From NCBI GenBank assembly GCA_018396535.1, contig JAGTQC010000002.1, positions 160,001 through 224,000 on the forward strand: a stretch of DNA of 64,000 nucleotides, read 5' to 3'. A program made the translations under genes and the position numbers. The first letter of the stretch is position 1. Each line of letters starts with the position of its first letter. This DNA comes from Candidatus Bathyarchaeota archaeon. GTDB lineage: Archaea > Thermoproteota > CALKCG01 > B24 > DRYS01. The notes beneath the pieces are model-generated. The model worked only from the letters and a program-made list of their open reading frames with translations, did no database searches and had not been told where the DNA came from. Shown here piece after piece: positions 29,823-40,144 of the stretch.

Positions 29823-30886
29823 ATGACTTTGAATCATCTTGAGAGATTTCATAGAGTCTTTAAATTTATGGAGGTAGATAGGGTTCCGGACTATGAATTC
29901 GGATATTGGACTGAAACTATAGATAGGTAGCATAGGAAAGGTTTGCCTATAGATAATAAGACGAATAGGGATATAGAACTGTATCTAGGACTTGAAGAAT
30001 GAGATTGTATAGAGATGCTACCGGTTAGAGTTGGCTTGTGACCTATACCTCCGAGTAGAATTATAAAGGAAGATGAAGAGCATGCAGTAGTTGACGATGG
30101 TATAGGTGGAATCTATGTATCGTATAAGAAGGGGTCTACACCACCATACTATATAAGGTATCCGATAAGAAGTCGTAACGATTGGGAGAGACTCAAACAA
30201 TTCTTCAATCCGAATACCCCCGGTAGGATACCTTTAAACTGGGATGAAGTAGTTGAATCATATAAAGATAGAAGTTACCCATTAGGTATAGGATCGTTTA
30301 GTCTCTATGGATGGCTTAGGAATTGGATGGGTATACAGGGGTTATCTATAGCTTTCTATAGAGACCCAGATTGGGTATGTGAAATGATGGATACACTCGT
30401 AGAATTATGGGTAGAATTGATTAGGAAGTATTGAAAGATATCAAAGTGGATTTTGCAACATGGTAGGAAGATATGTGCTATAATAGGGGGCCTATGATAT
30501 CGCCTAGAATTTTCGAAGAGTTTATGGTTCCAAGATATAAAAGGGTTAACGAGATTGCGATGGCGAAGTATATAGACTGATACCTGGATGGATTAAAGGA
30601 GGTATAAACGCTCTTCTACCATTAGAGAGTAGGTGTAACGATATAGTTAGACTTTGCGAGGAATATCATGGTAGATTCGTATTTATGGGCGGAGTGAATA
30701 AGATAGCGTTGATACTAGGCGAAAAAGCTATAGATTCTACTATAGAAAAGCTTAGGTCTATACTAGAGACTGGTGGGTATATACCTATGGTCGATCATAG
30801 ATGTCCACCCGAAGTATCGTATCGAATATACCTATACTATCTTACTTAAGAGTAAAAGGAAGCTTATAGGAAAGAGAGAACTATAG
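29823..30886 (+). pseudogene. Uroporphyrinogen decarboxylase/cobalamin methyltransferase (URO-D superfamily) pseudogene
   Basis: Manual translation gives DRVPDYEFGYW, SLYGWLRNWMG, EDMCYNRGPMISP, DCDG, MGGVNK, GGYIPMVDHRCPPEVS; interrupted by stops at 29928, 30000, 30039 and 30464, a frameshift near 30428 and an apparent deletion near 30552. Confidence 0.85.
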
Positions 30887-31003
30887 GATTGTACGGTTAC
30901 TATTATCGATTATGTATAAGACTTATCTAATCTATAGAAGCCCATCCCTTAGATTTACACTAAAAAATATTTTTACTTCTCACCAACCAAAATAATAGTA
31001 AGT

Positions 31004-32380
31004 ATGGGTAGATTATTTGGTACGAACGGTGTTAGAGGTATACTTAACAAAACCATAACAATCGATACTCTGATTAGGCTTGGCTATGCTATAGGGACGT
31101 TTTTTAAAGGCGGTAGGATCCTTGTAGGTATGGATGGAAGGGTAGGTAGCCCTGTAGCGAAGACTGCTACTATCTCAGGTCTATTAGCGACTGGATGTGA
31201 AGTATTGGATGCAGGGTTAGCGCCGACACCTACTATTCAATATGATGCTAGATTCAACGATGTAGATGGCTGCGTTATATTCACAGCATCTCATAACCCT
31301 CCGGAGTATATAGGTATAAAGGTATGTGGACCAGATGGCGTTGAGATACAACGTGAGGATGAGGAGAAGATAGAATCGATATTCTTTGAAGGAAAGTATA
31401 ACCTTGTAGGATGGAATATGGTTGGTAGGGTTAGAGGTATAGTAGGTTCGATAGAAAGGTACGTAGAAGCTGTAGTTAAACATGTCGATAGAGAATCTAT
31501 CGCTAGAAATAGGTATAGGGTGGTAGTGGATCTAGGGAATGGTGTATCAGCATTAACGATACCATATATTCTCAGGTTTTTAAAGTGTGAAGTCTACACG
31601 ATAAACGATCATATAGATGGATTCTTCCCAGGTAGATCCCCAGAGCCATCTGAGGAGAATCTAGGTATGCTTATTAAAGCCGTTAAGGCATTTGACGCGG
31701 ATTTAGGGGTAGCATACGATGGGGATGGGGATAGAGCTATATTCGTAGATGAGAATGGTGTATTCCACCATGGAGATAGGAGCCTAGCTTTAATAGAGGA
31801 TTATGTGATGGAAGTGAAACCTGGGGCTACACTGGTAACTCCTGTTAGTACGTCACAAATAGTTGATGATGTAGCTAAGATGAGGGGGGGTAAAGTAATG
31901 CGAGTTAGAGTTGGTAGTGTGGATGTATCATGGACTATGAAGAGATTGAATGCAGAATTAGGTGGAGAGGAGAATGGTGGCATATTTTACGGCCCACATC
32001 AGCCTGTAAGGGATGGGGGGATGGCTACTGCTTTAATACTTCATATACTTGCTACGAGAGGTGAAAGTCTATCTGAAACTCTATCCAAGCTTCCAGCATA
32101 CTATATGGTTAAGAGGAAGGTTTCGTTAAAAGAGGAGGTTAAATCTAGACTACTATCTATAATTGAGGAAAAGATCAAGGGAGAAGGTGAGAGAGTGGAG
32201 AAGATAGATGGATTGAAGGTATGGTTTAATGATGGGAGCTGGATTCTTATAAGGCCTAGTGGGACTGAGCCTCTGTATAGGATTATAGCTGAAGCTAGAT
32301 CGTATGAGAGAGCTGAGAGACTAGCTGAAGAGTATAGTAGGTTTATAGTAGAGACTATGAAGGAGCTAGCTAGCTCGTGA
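31004..32380 (+). CDS. Phosphohexomutase (phosphoglucosamine mutase/PMM-PGM)
   Basis: FGTNGVRG, TASHNP, DGDGDR, GEENGG, RPSGTEP. Confidence 0.93.
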   Translation: MGRLFGTNGVRGILNKTITIDTLIRLGYAIGTFFKGGRILVGMDGRVGSPVAKTATISGLLATGCEVLDAGLAPTPTIQYDARFNDVDGCVIFTASHNPPEYIGIKVCGPDGVEIQREDEEKIESIFFEGKYNLVGWNMVGRVRGIVGSIERYVEAVVKHVDRESIARNRYRVVVDLGNGVSALTIPYILRFLKCEVYTINDHIDGFFPGRSPEPSEENLGMLIKAVKAFDADLGVAYDGDGDRAIFVDENGVFHHGDRSLALIEDYVMEVKPGATLVTPVSTSQIVDDVAKMRGGKVMRVRVGSVDVSWTMKRLNAELGGEENGGIFYGPHQPVRDGGMATALILHILATRGESLSETLSKLPAYYMVKRKVSLKEEVKSRLLSIIEEKIKGEGERVEKIDGLKVWFNDGSWILIRPSGTEPLYRIIAEARSYERAERLAEEYSRFIVETMKELASS

Positions 32381-33664
32381 GGGTAAAGGTATTACATAGG
32401 GACCTTCAGGTATAGACAAAACTTTAACATCTGATCTACCTATAATCCTTAATGCCTCTCTGAATGCTTCCTCTAAATTCGATGCGTATAGAAGGTTCAT
32501 ATCGAGAGCCTCTTCCTCACGTATACCTTTAGATACTAGTATCACTTTATTCTTGCATAGTACTTGAGCGAGTTTCTGCACCTCCCATTGATCTCTTAAC
32601 GGTTCGTTAGCTTCTATGTATTCAAGGATTTTACATGGATCTTTGTGAATGGATGATAGTTCTCTAAAATCCTTATGCCCTACTCCATCCCTACACTCTG
32701 ACACGATTATAATGACACCACCTTCTCTAGTAGCTCTAGAAGCTGTCACCATACCTTTAACTGCTTGGTATAAGTTTCTATCTAGAGGGTATCCACCATT
32801 AGATGTGATCGTTATATCGGCTTGAAACGGTACATCGATACATATTAGTGAGCTTAAGAAGTCTACGGCTCTACGATAGGCTTCCACGTAATCTCCAGAT
32901 GATACGTAGATGATTCTCTTACTCTTATCCAGAACTATATTTATAGTATACTCTAAACCTACTATAGATGCCGCATTCATCATATCCTCGTTAATAGGAT
33001 TTCCATCCAGATATCCGTAGTCTGCTAGCGGGTGGGCTATCATTTTGAAGCTATGATTCATATAGATCGATCTAACTCCAGCTACACCAGGTAGTACAAG
33101 CTTCCTACCACCGCTGTAACCTGCAAAGAAGTGCGGCTCTACCAATCCTACAGCTATTCTAAAACTAGATCTAGATACGACTCTATTTACGTAGAGTTCT
33201 GTACCAAATCTAGTTTTACCTATATACTCTAGAGAGTCTTTATCATCTGCTACGTGATTCACGACGTTATACTCTGAAACTATATCTTTCCCTAGGAAAT
33301 TCTCCAACTCCGATTTATTCATAGGTTCGTGTAGCCCATTTGCTACTACTATATCTATGTGCTCCATCTTTACACCAGTTCTTTTTATACGTGATAGGAG
33401 TATGGGGATTACTAGATTATTGGGAGTAGCTCTAGTCTTATCGGTGACTAGTATTGATACCCTACTAGTCTTTTTGAGTATATCGTCCAGTTTCGGTGTA
33501 TTGATAGGAGTATCTAGGGCTTCTTCGACTATTCTCCCTTGATCTAAAATGCTTCTATCTGGAAGCTTCGATGATACTGTATAGTATTTTATATTTCTTA
33601 CCTTGGGTATTTCAAATTTTATAGTCTCCTCGCCATATGGTAAGACTATCTTCAATACATCCAC
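32366..33664 (-). CDS. larA: LarA-family nickel-pincer racemase/epimerase
   Basis: DKTRATP, ANGLH, NH, EPHFFAGYSGGRK, YQAVKG. Confidence 0.9.
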   Translation of the reverse strand: MDVLKIVLPYGEETIKFEIPKVRNIKYYTVSSKLPDRSILDQGRIVEEALDTPINTPKLDDILKKTSRVSILVTDKTRATPNNLVIPILLSRIKRTGVKMEHIDIVVANGLHEPMNKSELENFLGKDIVSEYNVVNHVADDKDSLEYIGKTRFGTELYVNRVVSRSSFRIAVGLVEPHFFAGYSGGRKLVLPGVAGVRSIYMNHSFKMIAHPLADYGYLDGNPINEDMMNAASIVGLEYTINIVLDKSKRIIYVSSGDYVEAYRRAVDFLSSLICIDVPFQADITITSNGGYPLDRNLYQAVKGMVTASRATREGGVIIIVSECRDGVGHKDFRELSSIHKDPCKILEYIEANEPLRDQWEVQKLAQVLCKNKVILVSKGIREEEALDMNLLYASNLEEAFREALRIIGRSDVKVLSIPEGPYVIPLPSRAS

Positions 33665-33742
33665 CTAATTAAGATTTTAGAAAGAAGGTAAAGGTTAATT
33701 AATAGTTTTTAGAAGAAATAAGTGATTGGAGGTTAAGTGGTT

Positions 33743-34057
33743 ATGGGCGGTACTAAGAAGAAATCCATATCACAGATGTTAAAAGCACAGTTAGCTAAAG
33801 AGGAAGAGAAGAAGACGCGTAGTAAAGAGGCTGCGAAAACTGAGAAGAGGATTTTGAATATAGACGCACCCACGTTAGGTAGTAGAGAGTTTATAGAAGA
33901 AATAAAGAAAATGAGAGTTTTAACACCCTATACTCTAGCATCCAAATATAATATAAGGTTAAGTATAGCTAAGGATTATCTAGAGATGTTAGAGTCGAAG
34001 GGTATAGTTAGATGCGTCGGTGGACATAATAGGGTTAGAATCTTCCAAGTCGTATGA
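33743..34057 (+). CDS. rps25e: 30S ribosomal protein S25e
   Basis: MGGTKKK basic N-terminus, LTPYTLASKYNIRLSIAK winged helix. Confidence 0.88.
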   Translation: MGGTKKKSISQMLKAQLAKEEEKKTRSKEAAKTEKRILNIDAPTLGSREFIEEIKKMRVLTPYTLASKYNIRLSIAKDYLEMLESKGIVRCVGGHNRVRIFQVV

Positions 34058-34073
34058 GCGTGGTCGCTACGGT

Positions 34074-34286
34074 ATGTACGATATAGAATCTGTTAGGAAA
34101 AAGCTAGAGGAGTTGGAAAGGGAGAAGGATAGGATTATAGAAGAGTTTAGGAAGTTGGAGGAGAGACGTAATAGCGGAGCTATATCTGAAGATGAGTATA
34201 GGAAAGAGAGGTATAGGTTGGAGAGGAGAGCCGTAGAGGTTATGGATCGTATAGCTCAGTTGAGATTTATGGCTGGTTATGTCTAG
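34074..34286 (+). CDS. Small coiled-coil protein with SHOCT-like motif
   Basis: Charged helix, GAISEDEY motif; ATG 34074 preferred because it avoids overlap with rps25e. Confidence 0.6.
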   Translation: MYDIESVRKKLEELEREKDRIIEEFRKLEERRNSGAISEDEYRKERYRLERRAVEVMDRIAQLRFMAGYV

Positions 34287-34557
34287 TTATCTAAGTCTAC
34301 CTATATTAATCTTATGCTATGTACTAGCTTCAGTATCCATACCTCTGTCCTTCTATATAGTGAAGAGGAAAATTGAGAGTGCTAGATATTTTAGATTGCT
34401 TTCATCCTATGTGATGACTTCTACTCTAGCTTATGCTGTGTGGCTACTCTTATTCAGGACTGGTAACATTATCTTAGATCTGTCCCCTCTTCCGTTAAAT
34501 CTAGTAGCGATTTTGACCCCTTGGATACTTTTGATAAAGAGAAAATATGTAAGCTAA
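34279..34557 (+). CDS. Small membrane protein (about 3 TM)
   Basis: Hydrophobic segments; overlaps the upstream stop as in an operon. Confidence 0.55.
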   Translation: MSSYLSLPILILCYVLASVSIPLSFYIVKRKIESARYFRLLSSYVMTSTLAYAVWLLLFRTGNIILDLSPLPLNLVAILTPWILLIKRKYVS

Positions 34558-34620
34558 CGACTATACAAATTGAAATTAACGTTTATCTATCTAGCTATAT
34601 AGTAGGGGTTATAGTAAGCT

Positions 34621-36168
34621 TTGAAGCTTAAAGCCAAACCCTTAAGTCTAGAAGCTGGTGGTAAGTGGATCGTTGTACTCAATGAGGTCGATGCTGAAGA
34701 ACTTGGAGTTAAGAGCCTTAGTAGAGTGAATCTATCTTTAGATGGAAAGAAGGTAACGGCTATAGTTAATACTACGAGTTATTTTATAAATTCTGGATGG
34801 ATAGGGACATATAGAGAGGTAACATCTTATCTAGGCTTAAGGGAGGGTGTGGAAATAGATGTAACACCTTCACCTCCACCTAGATCTATACAGCATATTA
34901 GGGAGAAGCTTAGAGGTAGAAGTCTCGATAAGGATGCTATATACGATATAATTTATGATGTCGCCCATGGTAATCTGAGTGAAATCGAGATAACAGCATT
35001 TATAGCAAGCCTACATATGTATGGATTAAGCTTAGAGGAGGCTGCAGCTCTATCTGAAGCTATGGTTGCTACAGGTGAAAAACTTGAACTTAAAAGGAAG
35101 CCTATACTCGATAAACATTCAATAGGCGGAGTTCCTGGAGATAAGACCACACTGATAGTAGTACCGATAGTAGCATCATTAGGCTATACTATACCTAAAA
35201 CATCGTCTAGAGCTATAACATCTGCAGCTGGTACTGCTGATAGAGCTGAAGCAATCATGCCTGTATCTCTTTCGATAAGCGAGATGAGGGAGGTAGTAGA
35301 AAAGACTGGGGGATGTATAGTCTGGGGTGGAGCTCTACATCTAGCTCCCGCTGATGACATCTTCGTAAATATCGAGAGGCCTCTACAAATAGATCCACTA
35401 TTATTACCATCTATTATGGCTAAGAAGAAGGCTGTTGGAGCTGAGTATTTAGTTGTAGATATACCGACTGGCAGGGGTACTAAAGTGAAAACGATAGGTG
35501 AAGCGAATCTTCTGGCTAAAGATTTTATAAGACTGGGTAGTTTACTGGGTATAAAGGCTAAATGTTGTATCACATATGGTGAACAACCCATAGGATTTAC
35601 AGTAGGCCCAGCGTTAGAGGCTAAAGAAGCCTTAGAACTACTATCCATGTCTAAATATATACCCGATTTACTAGATAAGGCATGTAATATAGCTGGGATG
35701 CTACTAGAATCTGTGGGCAGAGAAGACGGATATAATATGGCTTTAGCAGCTGTGAAGCGAGGTATAGCTCTATCCAAACTTAGGGAGATTATAGAGGCAC
35801 AGGGAGGTGACCCGAATATTAAACCTGAAGATATAGCTATAGGTGAATGTAAATATACCTTTAGATCTACTAGAAAAGGTGTTGTTCTATGGATAGACAA
35901 TAATCGACTCGTGGAAGTTGCTAGATCATTAGGAGCACCTAAGGATAAGGGTGCAGGTGTAGAGTTGCATAAAAAGGTTGGAGATGCCGTAGAGCCTGGA
36001 GATATGTTATTCACTCTATATGCTGAGAAGGAGTATAAGTTAGATTATGCTATCAAAGAGATCGAGGAGGAAGGAGCATTCATAGGAGTAGGAGGATATA
36101 TGGATATGCTAATACAGAAGGTCGAGGAAATTCCAGTCTATAGTAGAACTTTCATACTTGAGAGGTAA
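34621..36168 (+). CDS. deoA: AMP phosphorylase
   Basis: N-terminal barrel extension, DKHSIGGVPG, KTSSRAITS, GTAD, AQGG, GAPKDKGAG. Confidence 0.93.
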   Translation: MKLKAKPLSLEAGGKWIVVLNEVDAEELGVKSLSRVNLSLDGKKVTAIVNTTSYFINSGWIGTYREVTSYLGLREGVEIDVTPSPPPRSIQHIREKLRGRSLDKDAIYDIIYDVAHGNLSEIEITAFIASLHMYGLSLEEAAALSEAMVATGEKLELKRKPILDKHSIGGVPGDKTTLIVVPIVASLGYTIPKTSSRAITSAAGTADRAEAIMPVSLSISEMREVVEKTGGCIVWGGALHLAPADDIFVNIERPLQIDPLLLPSIMAKKKAVGAEYLVVDIPTGRGTKVKTIGEANLLAKDFIRLGSLLGIKAKCCITYGEQPIGFTVGPALEAKEALELLSMSKYIPDLLDKACNIAGMLLESVGREDGYNMALAAVKRGIALSKLREIIEAQGGDPNIKPEDIAIGECKYTFRSTRKGVVLWIDNNRLVEVARSLGAPKDKGAGVELHKKVGDAVEPGDMLFTLYAEKEYKLDYAIKEIEEEGAFIGVGGYMDMLIQKVEEIPVYSRTFILER

Positions 36169-36890
36169 ACTGTTCCAGGCCACTATGCAATCTTTTCCCA
36201 ACATCTTTAATTTAGATTAATGAATAAAAGTTAAGTTGGATTTGTATCTTATCCAGATATACTATGGCTGGTAGCTAAGATAATCATATTGTCAGTAGTA
36301 AGTCAAATTATAAGAATGCTACTTGACAGATTAATAAGAATAATCGATATTAGACTAAGAATGTATAAGTAATTATTTAGATAGGGAGGCGTATATTGAG
36401 AGACGATTTTAATGATGCGGTATGAAAAGAGTCTTCAATCATAGAAGTACTTATAATAATAGCAAGAGTAGCATACTTATATAGTACATTCCATATAATA
36501 GCTACCATGATAAATATGGAGGAGCATAATGAAAATGTCATAATATATAAGATGTTATCGTTAAAGTAGTAAGTTAGTAAGTACTAGATATCTCAAATTT
36601 CATAAGTTACTAAACCAGCTAATGTAGATATAAGGTATAGGATGCCATATAGAGTAGCAACTATAATCGTCGAATATCCTTATGGATTTAAAGTTAACTA
36701 TCTATATTGGGTAATCGGAGAATACGTAATCGTAAAGAATATACAGATATAATGGGTGAAGTAGAATACATTATATAGATTACTACGCTTAGCTTAATGA
36801 TCAAATTGACGATAACTTTTAGGTTTAAAATGCCATAGCTAAAACATAGGATACCAATCTCATCTATAGGTTTAGGGTGGAAACCGTTAA

Positions 36891-37170
36891 GGAGAAAACT
36901 TAGGCAAAAAAATCCGTGAAGCAGCTGAAGGCTTAAAAAGAAACAAAGAAGGTAACTTAGAAAAGTTGTATCTTATCAATGATGGATTATCGAGGAGACA
37001 GCTAAAGGGAGGTAAAGCAAAGAAAGTCTACGATGGGTTAAAAATAGAAGCATAAGACTTGGAAGTCTTTACATGGTATGAAGTACTTTTAGAATTAAAG
37101 AAAACGGCTTCAACACAATTTTCACTAAAAGAGATTATGAGGTATGTTAGTAATAGGAAGAGTGACGACT
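36891..37170 (+). pseudogene. Protein-like gene relic in an AT-rich 1-kb gap
   Basis: Start-less frame GENLGKKIREAAEGLKRNKEGNLEKLYLIND...IEA*DLEVFTWYEVLLELKK with one internal stop (37053). Confidence 0.35.
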
Positions 37171-37172
37171 AC

Positions 37173-37604
37173 CTAAATGCCAATTACTTGTATGTATATT
37201 GATCTAGTTTGAGGCCCGTCAAAATCTATAAGGAATACTTTCTGTCTTGTACCTATGACTATCTTCCCTTTAGATATAGGTAACGAAGTATGCATACCTA
37301 CAAGTATGGATCGTAAATGAGCCCATGCATTCACGGCCATACGGCCATCCTCTCTAAAGAAGTGATGATGCATGTATTCACCATCTTCAGGTACTAGCTT
37401 AGATAGAAATCTAACTATATCTTTAGTGAGACCCTTCTCGCTCTCATTAACAACTATACCTGTCGTCGTATGCATAGTATAGATCATAACTATACCATCG
37501 CTAACCCCACTCCTATCTACAACTTTAGATACCAAGTCTGTTATATCTATTAAATCCTCGTCTTTTCTAGATTCAACCTTTATGTATTCGCCATAGATTT
37601 TCAT
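37173..37604 (-). CDS. YjbQ/UPF0047 protein
   Basis: HTTTG, NE, NAWAH, DFDGP. Confidence 0.88.
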   Translation of the reverse strand: MKIYGEYIKVESRKDEDLIDITDLVSKVVDRSGVSDGIVMIYTMHTTTGIVVNESEKGLTKDIVRFLSKLVPEDGEYMHHHFFREDGRMAVNAWAHLRSILVGMHTSLPISKGKIVIGTRQKVFLIDFDGPQTRSIYIQVIGI

Positions 37605-37613
37605 AGTCTCTCC

Positions 37614-38474
37614 TCAACTTAGGATATACAATGCATTTAACCTTAATATGGATTCTTTAACTTCGCTATCCATAGGGAGGTATTGTATAGCTTCTATCAT
37701 TTTCCCAGACTCCATACGTGGATGATTCGATCCAAATAATATCTTATCTTTAAGAAATGCCTCTACGAATCTAATGCCTAGAGTTTCTATGAAAACTTTC
37801 TTGAAATGATCTTTGGGCGTACCCGTAAATGTATCAGCTATATCGAGATACACATTTTCGTAACGAAGAGCTAAACAAATCGATTCCCAGATCCAGGGCC
37901 AACCCATATGCGTCAGTATTATCCTGAGTTCTTTAAACTTAGAAGCGATAGGTTCGATTAATAAGGGGTAACTATATAGGAGATTACTACGGATATTCCA
38001 AGAGAAACCAGTATGTATGGTTAGGATTGCGCCCATATCCTCTAATGATTCGTATATAGGGTAGATCCGTTCATCATCCGGTCTAAAGCCTTGAAGCGAT
38101 GGATTTAGCTTAACGCCTTTAAATCTACGATGATCAATATACTTCTCGATCTCATCTAATGCTTCATCACCTCTTAGAGGGTCTAATCCTATAAGCCCTA
38201 TGAATAGATCAGGATGCATTGATATAATTCTATCAAGCTCTTCATTACTAGGAAGTTTCACTCCATATGTCCTAGATAAATCCAACCCCAATATAACAGC
38301 TTTAGATACACCGAAGGATTTAAGTTGATCTACGAATACTCTCAATGGTTGTATACTCACTCTGAGATTATATACATCGCGTAAAGCCGTTGTCATCTGT
38401 GGGTTTCCTTTATGGATCTCCTCTATATTGATCGGATGGACATGAAAGTCTATTATAACCATGGGATGCTCCAC
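37614..38474 (-). CDS. Amidohydrolase_2 family protein
   Basis: DFHVH, GVKL, IHTG, HMGWP, LFGSNHP. Confidence 0.85.
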   Translation of the reverse strand: MEHPMVIIDFHVHPINIEEIHKGNPQMTTALRDVYNLRVSIQPLRVFVDQLKSFGVSKAVILGLDLSRTYGVKLPSNEELDRIISMHPDLFIGLIGLDPLRGDEALDEIEKYIDHRRFKGVKLNPSLQGFRPDDERIYPIYESLEDMGAILTIHTGFSWNIRSNLLYSYPLLIEPIASKFKELRIILTHMGWPWIWESICLALRYENVYLDIADTFTGTPKDHFKKVFIETLGIRFVEAFLKDKILFGSNHPRMESGKMIEAIQYLPMDSEVKESILRLNALYILS

Positions 38475-38558
38475 CTTAGATTAAGATAGGGATAGAAATA
38501 CTTATATCAATCTATCGCGTCGAGTATGCTCATTACCAACTAGCTGGAGTGTACAAAT

Positions 38559-39020
38559 ATGAAGTGTAGAATAGTACTAGGTTTCGATCCCAATATGAGA
38601 TTTGAATGCGTTAAGTGTGGTTCATGCTGTCGTACAACTACTCATAACATCGTGCCTCTTCAGCTTTATCCACAAGAAGTTTCTAGAATAAGAGATATGG
38701 GTTATAGAGATTCCATAGCCTATATAGGGCGTGTACATTACATTAGAGCTGTGAATTCACACTGTATTTTTCTTACAGATGATGATCTATGCATGCTTAG
38801 ACTTAAACATAAATGGAGCCCGGTTAATTGCAGACTATTTCCAATAACTGTTAAGCTCATTAACGATACGTTCATCTTAAATATGAACTGGGAGTATTCA
38901 TCGAAAGTTAGTTGTAAAGGTTTTGGTTTAGGTCCGACTATAGCTGAAAGATTTAAGGATATAGAAGAACTCTTAGATGAGATAGCTGAGTATACAACAT
39001 ATAGTAGAAATGCTTATTAG
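38559..39020 (+). CDS. YkgJ-family CxxCxxCC Fe-S/Zn protein
   Basis: CVKCGSCC, CIFL, C, PVNCRLFP, CKG. Confidence 0.85.
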   Translation: MKCRIVLGFDPNMRFECVKCGSCCRTTTHNIVPLQLYPQEVSRIRDMGYRDSIAYIGRVHYIRAVNSHCIFLTDDDLCMLRLKHKWSPVNCRLFPITVKLINDTFILNMNWEYSSKVSCKGFGLGPTIAERFKDIEELLDEIAEYTTYSRNAY

Positions 39021-39028
39021 CTTGTAAT

Positions 39029-40144
39029 TTGAGGATTAATCCCACAATGTTCCCACTAGAAAACACACGTATTCGAAAGACTATATTGACTATGGATCCA
39101 TATGAGGCCCCGATGGAAATGGAGGGTATCGTAGCTAAACTTGACGCAAATGAAAACCCCTATGGCCCATCCCCCAGGGTCTACGAAGCATTAACCTGCA
39201 GCTTGAAGGATATATGGAAGTACCCCTCTGTGAGAGAATACGAAAAACTTGAAGAATCTATAGCCTCCAAACTTAAATTGGATGATCCTAGATGTGTTGT
39301 ATTAGGTTCTGGTTCAGATGAGCTCATAGATGTAGTATTCAAGCTATTCGTAAATCAGGGCAGTAGTATTCTCACGGTAGACCCAAGTTTCTCGATGTAT
39401 AGGGTATATACGCATATAGCTGGGGGACGTTTAGTCGAGTATACAATGTCTGAAGACTATGTATTTGATATAGACATTTTCTTAGGTATAATAGATATGC
39501 TTAAAGATAATATCTGTCTGATAGCATTATGTAATCCAAATAATCCTACTGGAGGATATATAGGAAGGAGCGATTTAGCTAGAATACTAGAGTATGGAAT
39601 ACCAGTCTTGGTGGATGAAGCCTATATAGAATTCTCCGGTTTAGAATCTGCTGTAGGTATGCTTAGAGATTACGAAAATATTGTAGTTTTAAGAACATTC
39701 TCTAAAGCATATGGATTGGCAGGTCTTAGAATAGGATACGCCGTTACTAGTAGATGGATATCAAATAATATGAGAAAGGTTAGATCTCCCTATAGCATTA
39801 ATCTCCTGGCTCTGAAGGCGGCTTCGGTGGCTATCGAAGATGATGAACATCTAAGGATGGTGGTAGAGGCAATAACATTAGAGAGGGAGAGAGTATTTCG
39901 TAAACTATCGGGTATAACCTCTCTTAAACCATTCCCATCTAGGGCTAATTTCATACTCGTAGATGGTAGTTGTTTAGGATTGAAGCCAGATGAATTTAAA
40001 TCAGCTCTTATGAAGAGAGGTGTTTCAGTTAGGATTTGGTCTAAACTTGGTATGCGTATGGGATGCATATTCCGTGTAACAATAGGTCGACCTAATGATA
40101 ACGATCTATTCCTCGATGCTATAGTAGATTTAGGAGGTGGATGA
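39029..40144 (+). CDS. hisC: Histidinol-phosphate aminotransferase
   Basis: LDANENP, GSDE, NPNNPTG, DEAY, RTFSKAYGLAGLR. Confidence 0.93.
   Translation: MRINPTMFPLENTRIRKTILTMDPYEAPMEMEGIVAKLDANENPYGPSPRVYEALTCSLKDIWKYPSVREYEKLEESIASKLKLDDPRCVVLGSGSDELIDVVFKLFVNQGSSILTVDPSFSMYRVYTHIAGGRLVEYTMSEDYVFDIDIFLGIIDMLKDNICLIALCNPNNPTGGYIGRSDLARILEYGIPVLVDEAYIEFSGLESAVGMLRDYENIVVLRTFSKAYGLAGLRIGYAVTSRWISNNMRKVRSPYSINLLALKAASVAIEDDEHLRMVVEAITLERERVFRKLSGITSLKPFPSRANFILVDGSCLGLKPDEFKSALMKRGVSVRIWSKLGMRMGCIFRVTIGRPNDNDLFLDAIVDLGGG

Noticed and set aside
29823-30886. Pyrrolysine/selenocysteine or alternative-code readthrough of the URO-D-like gene
   Set aside because: Both TAG and TGA occur along with frameshifts, and both codons terminate normal genes in this window
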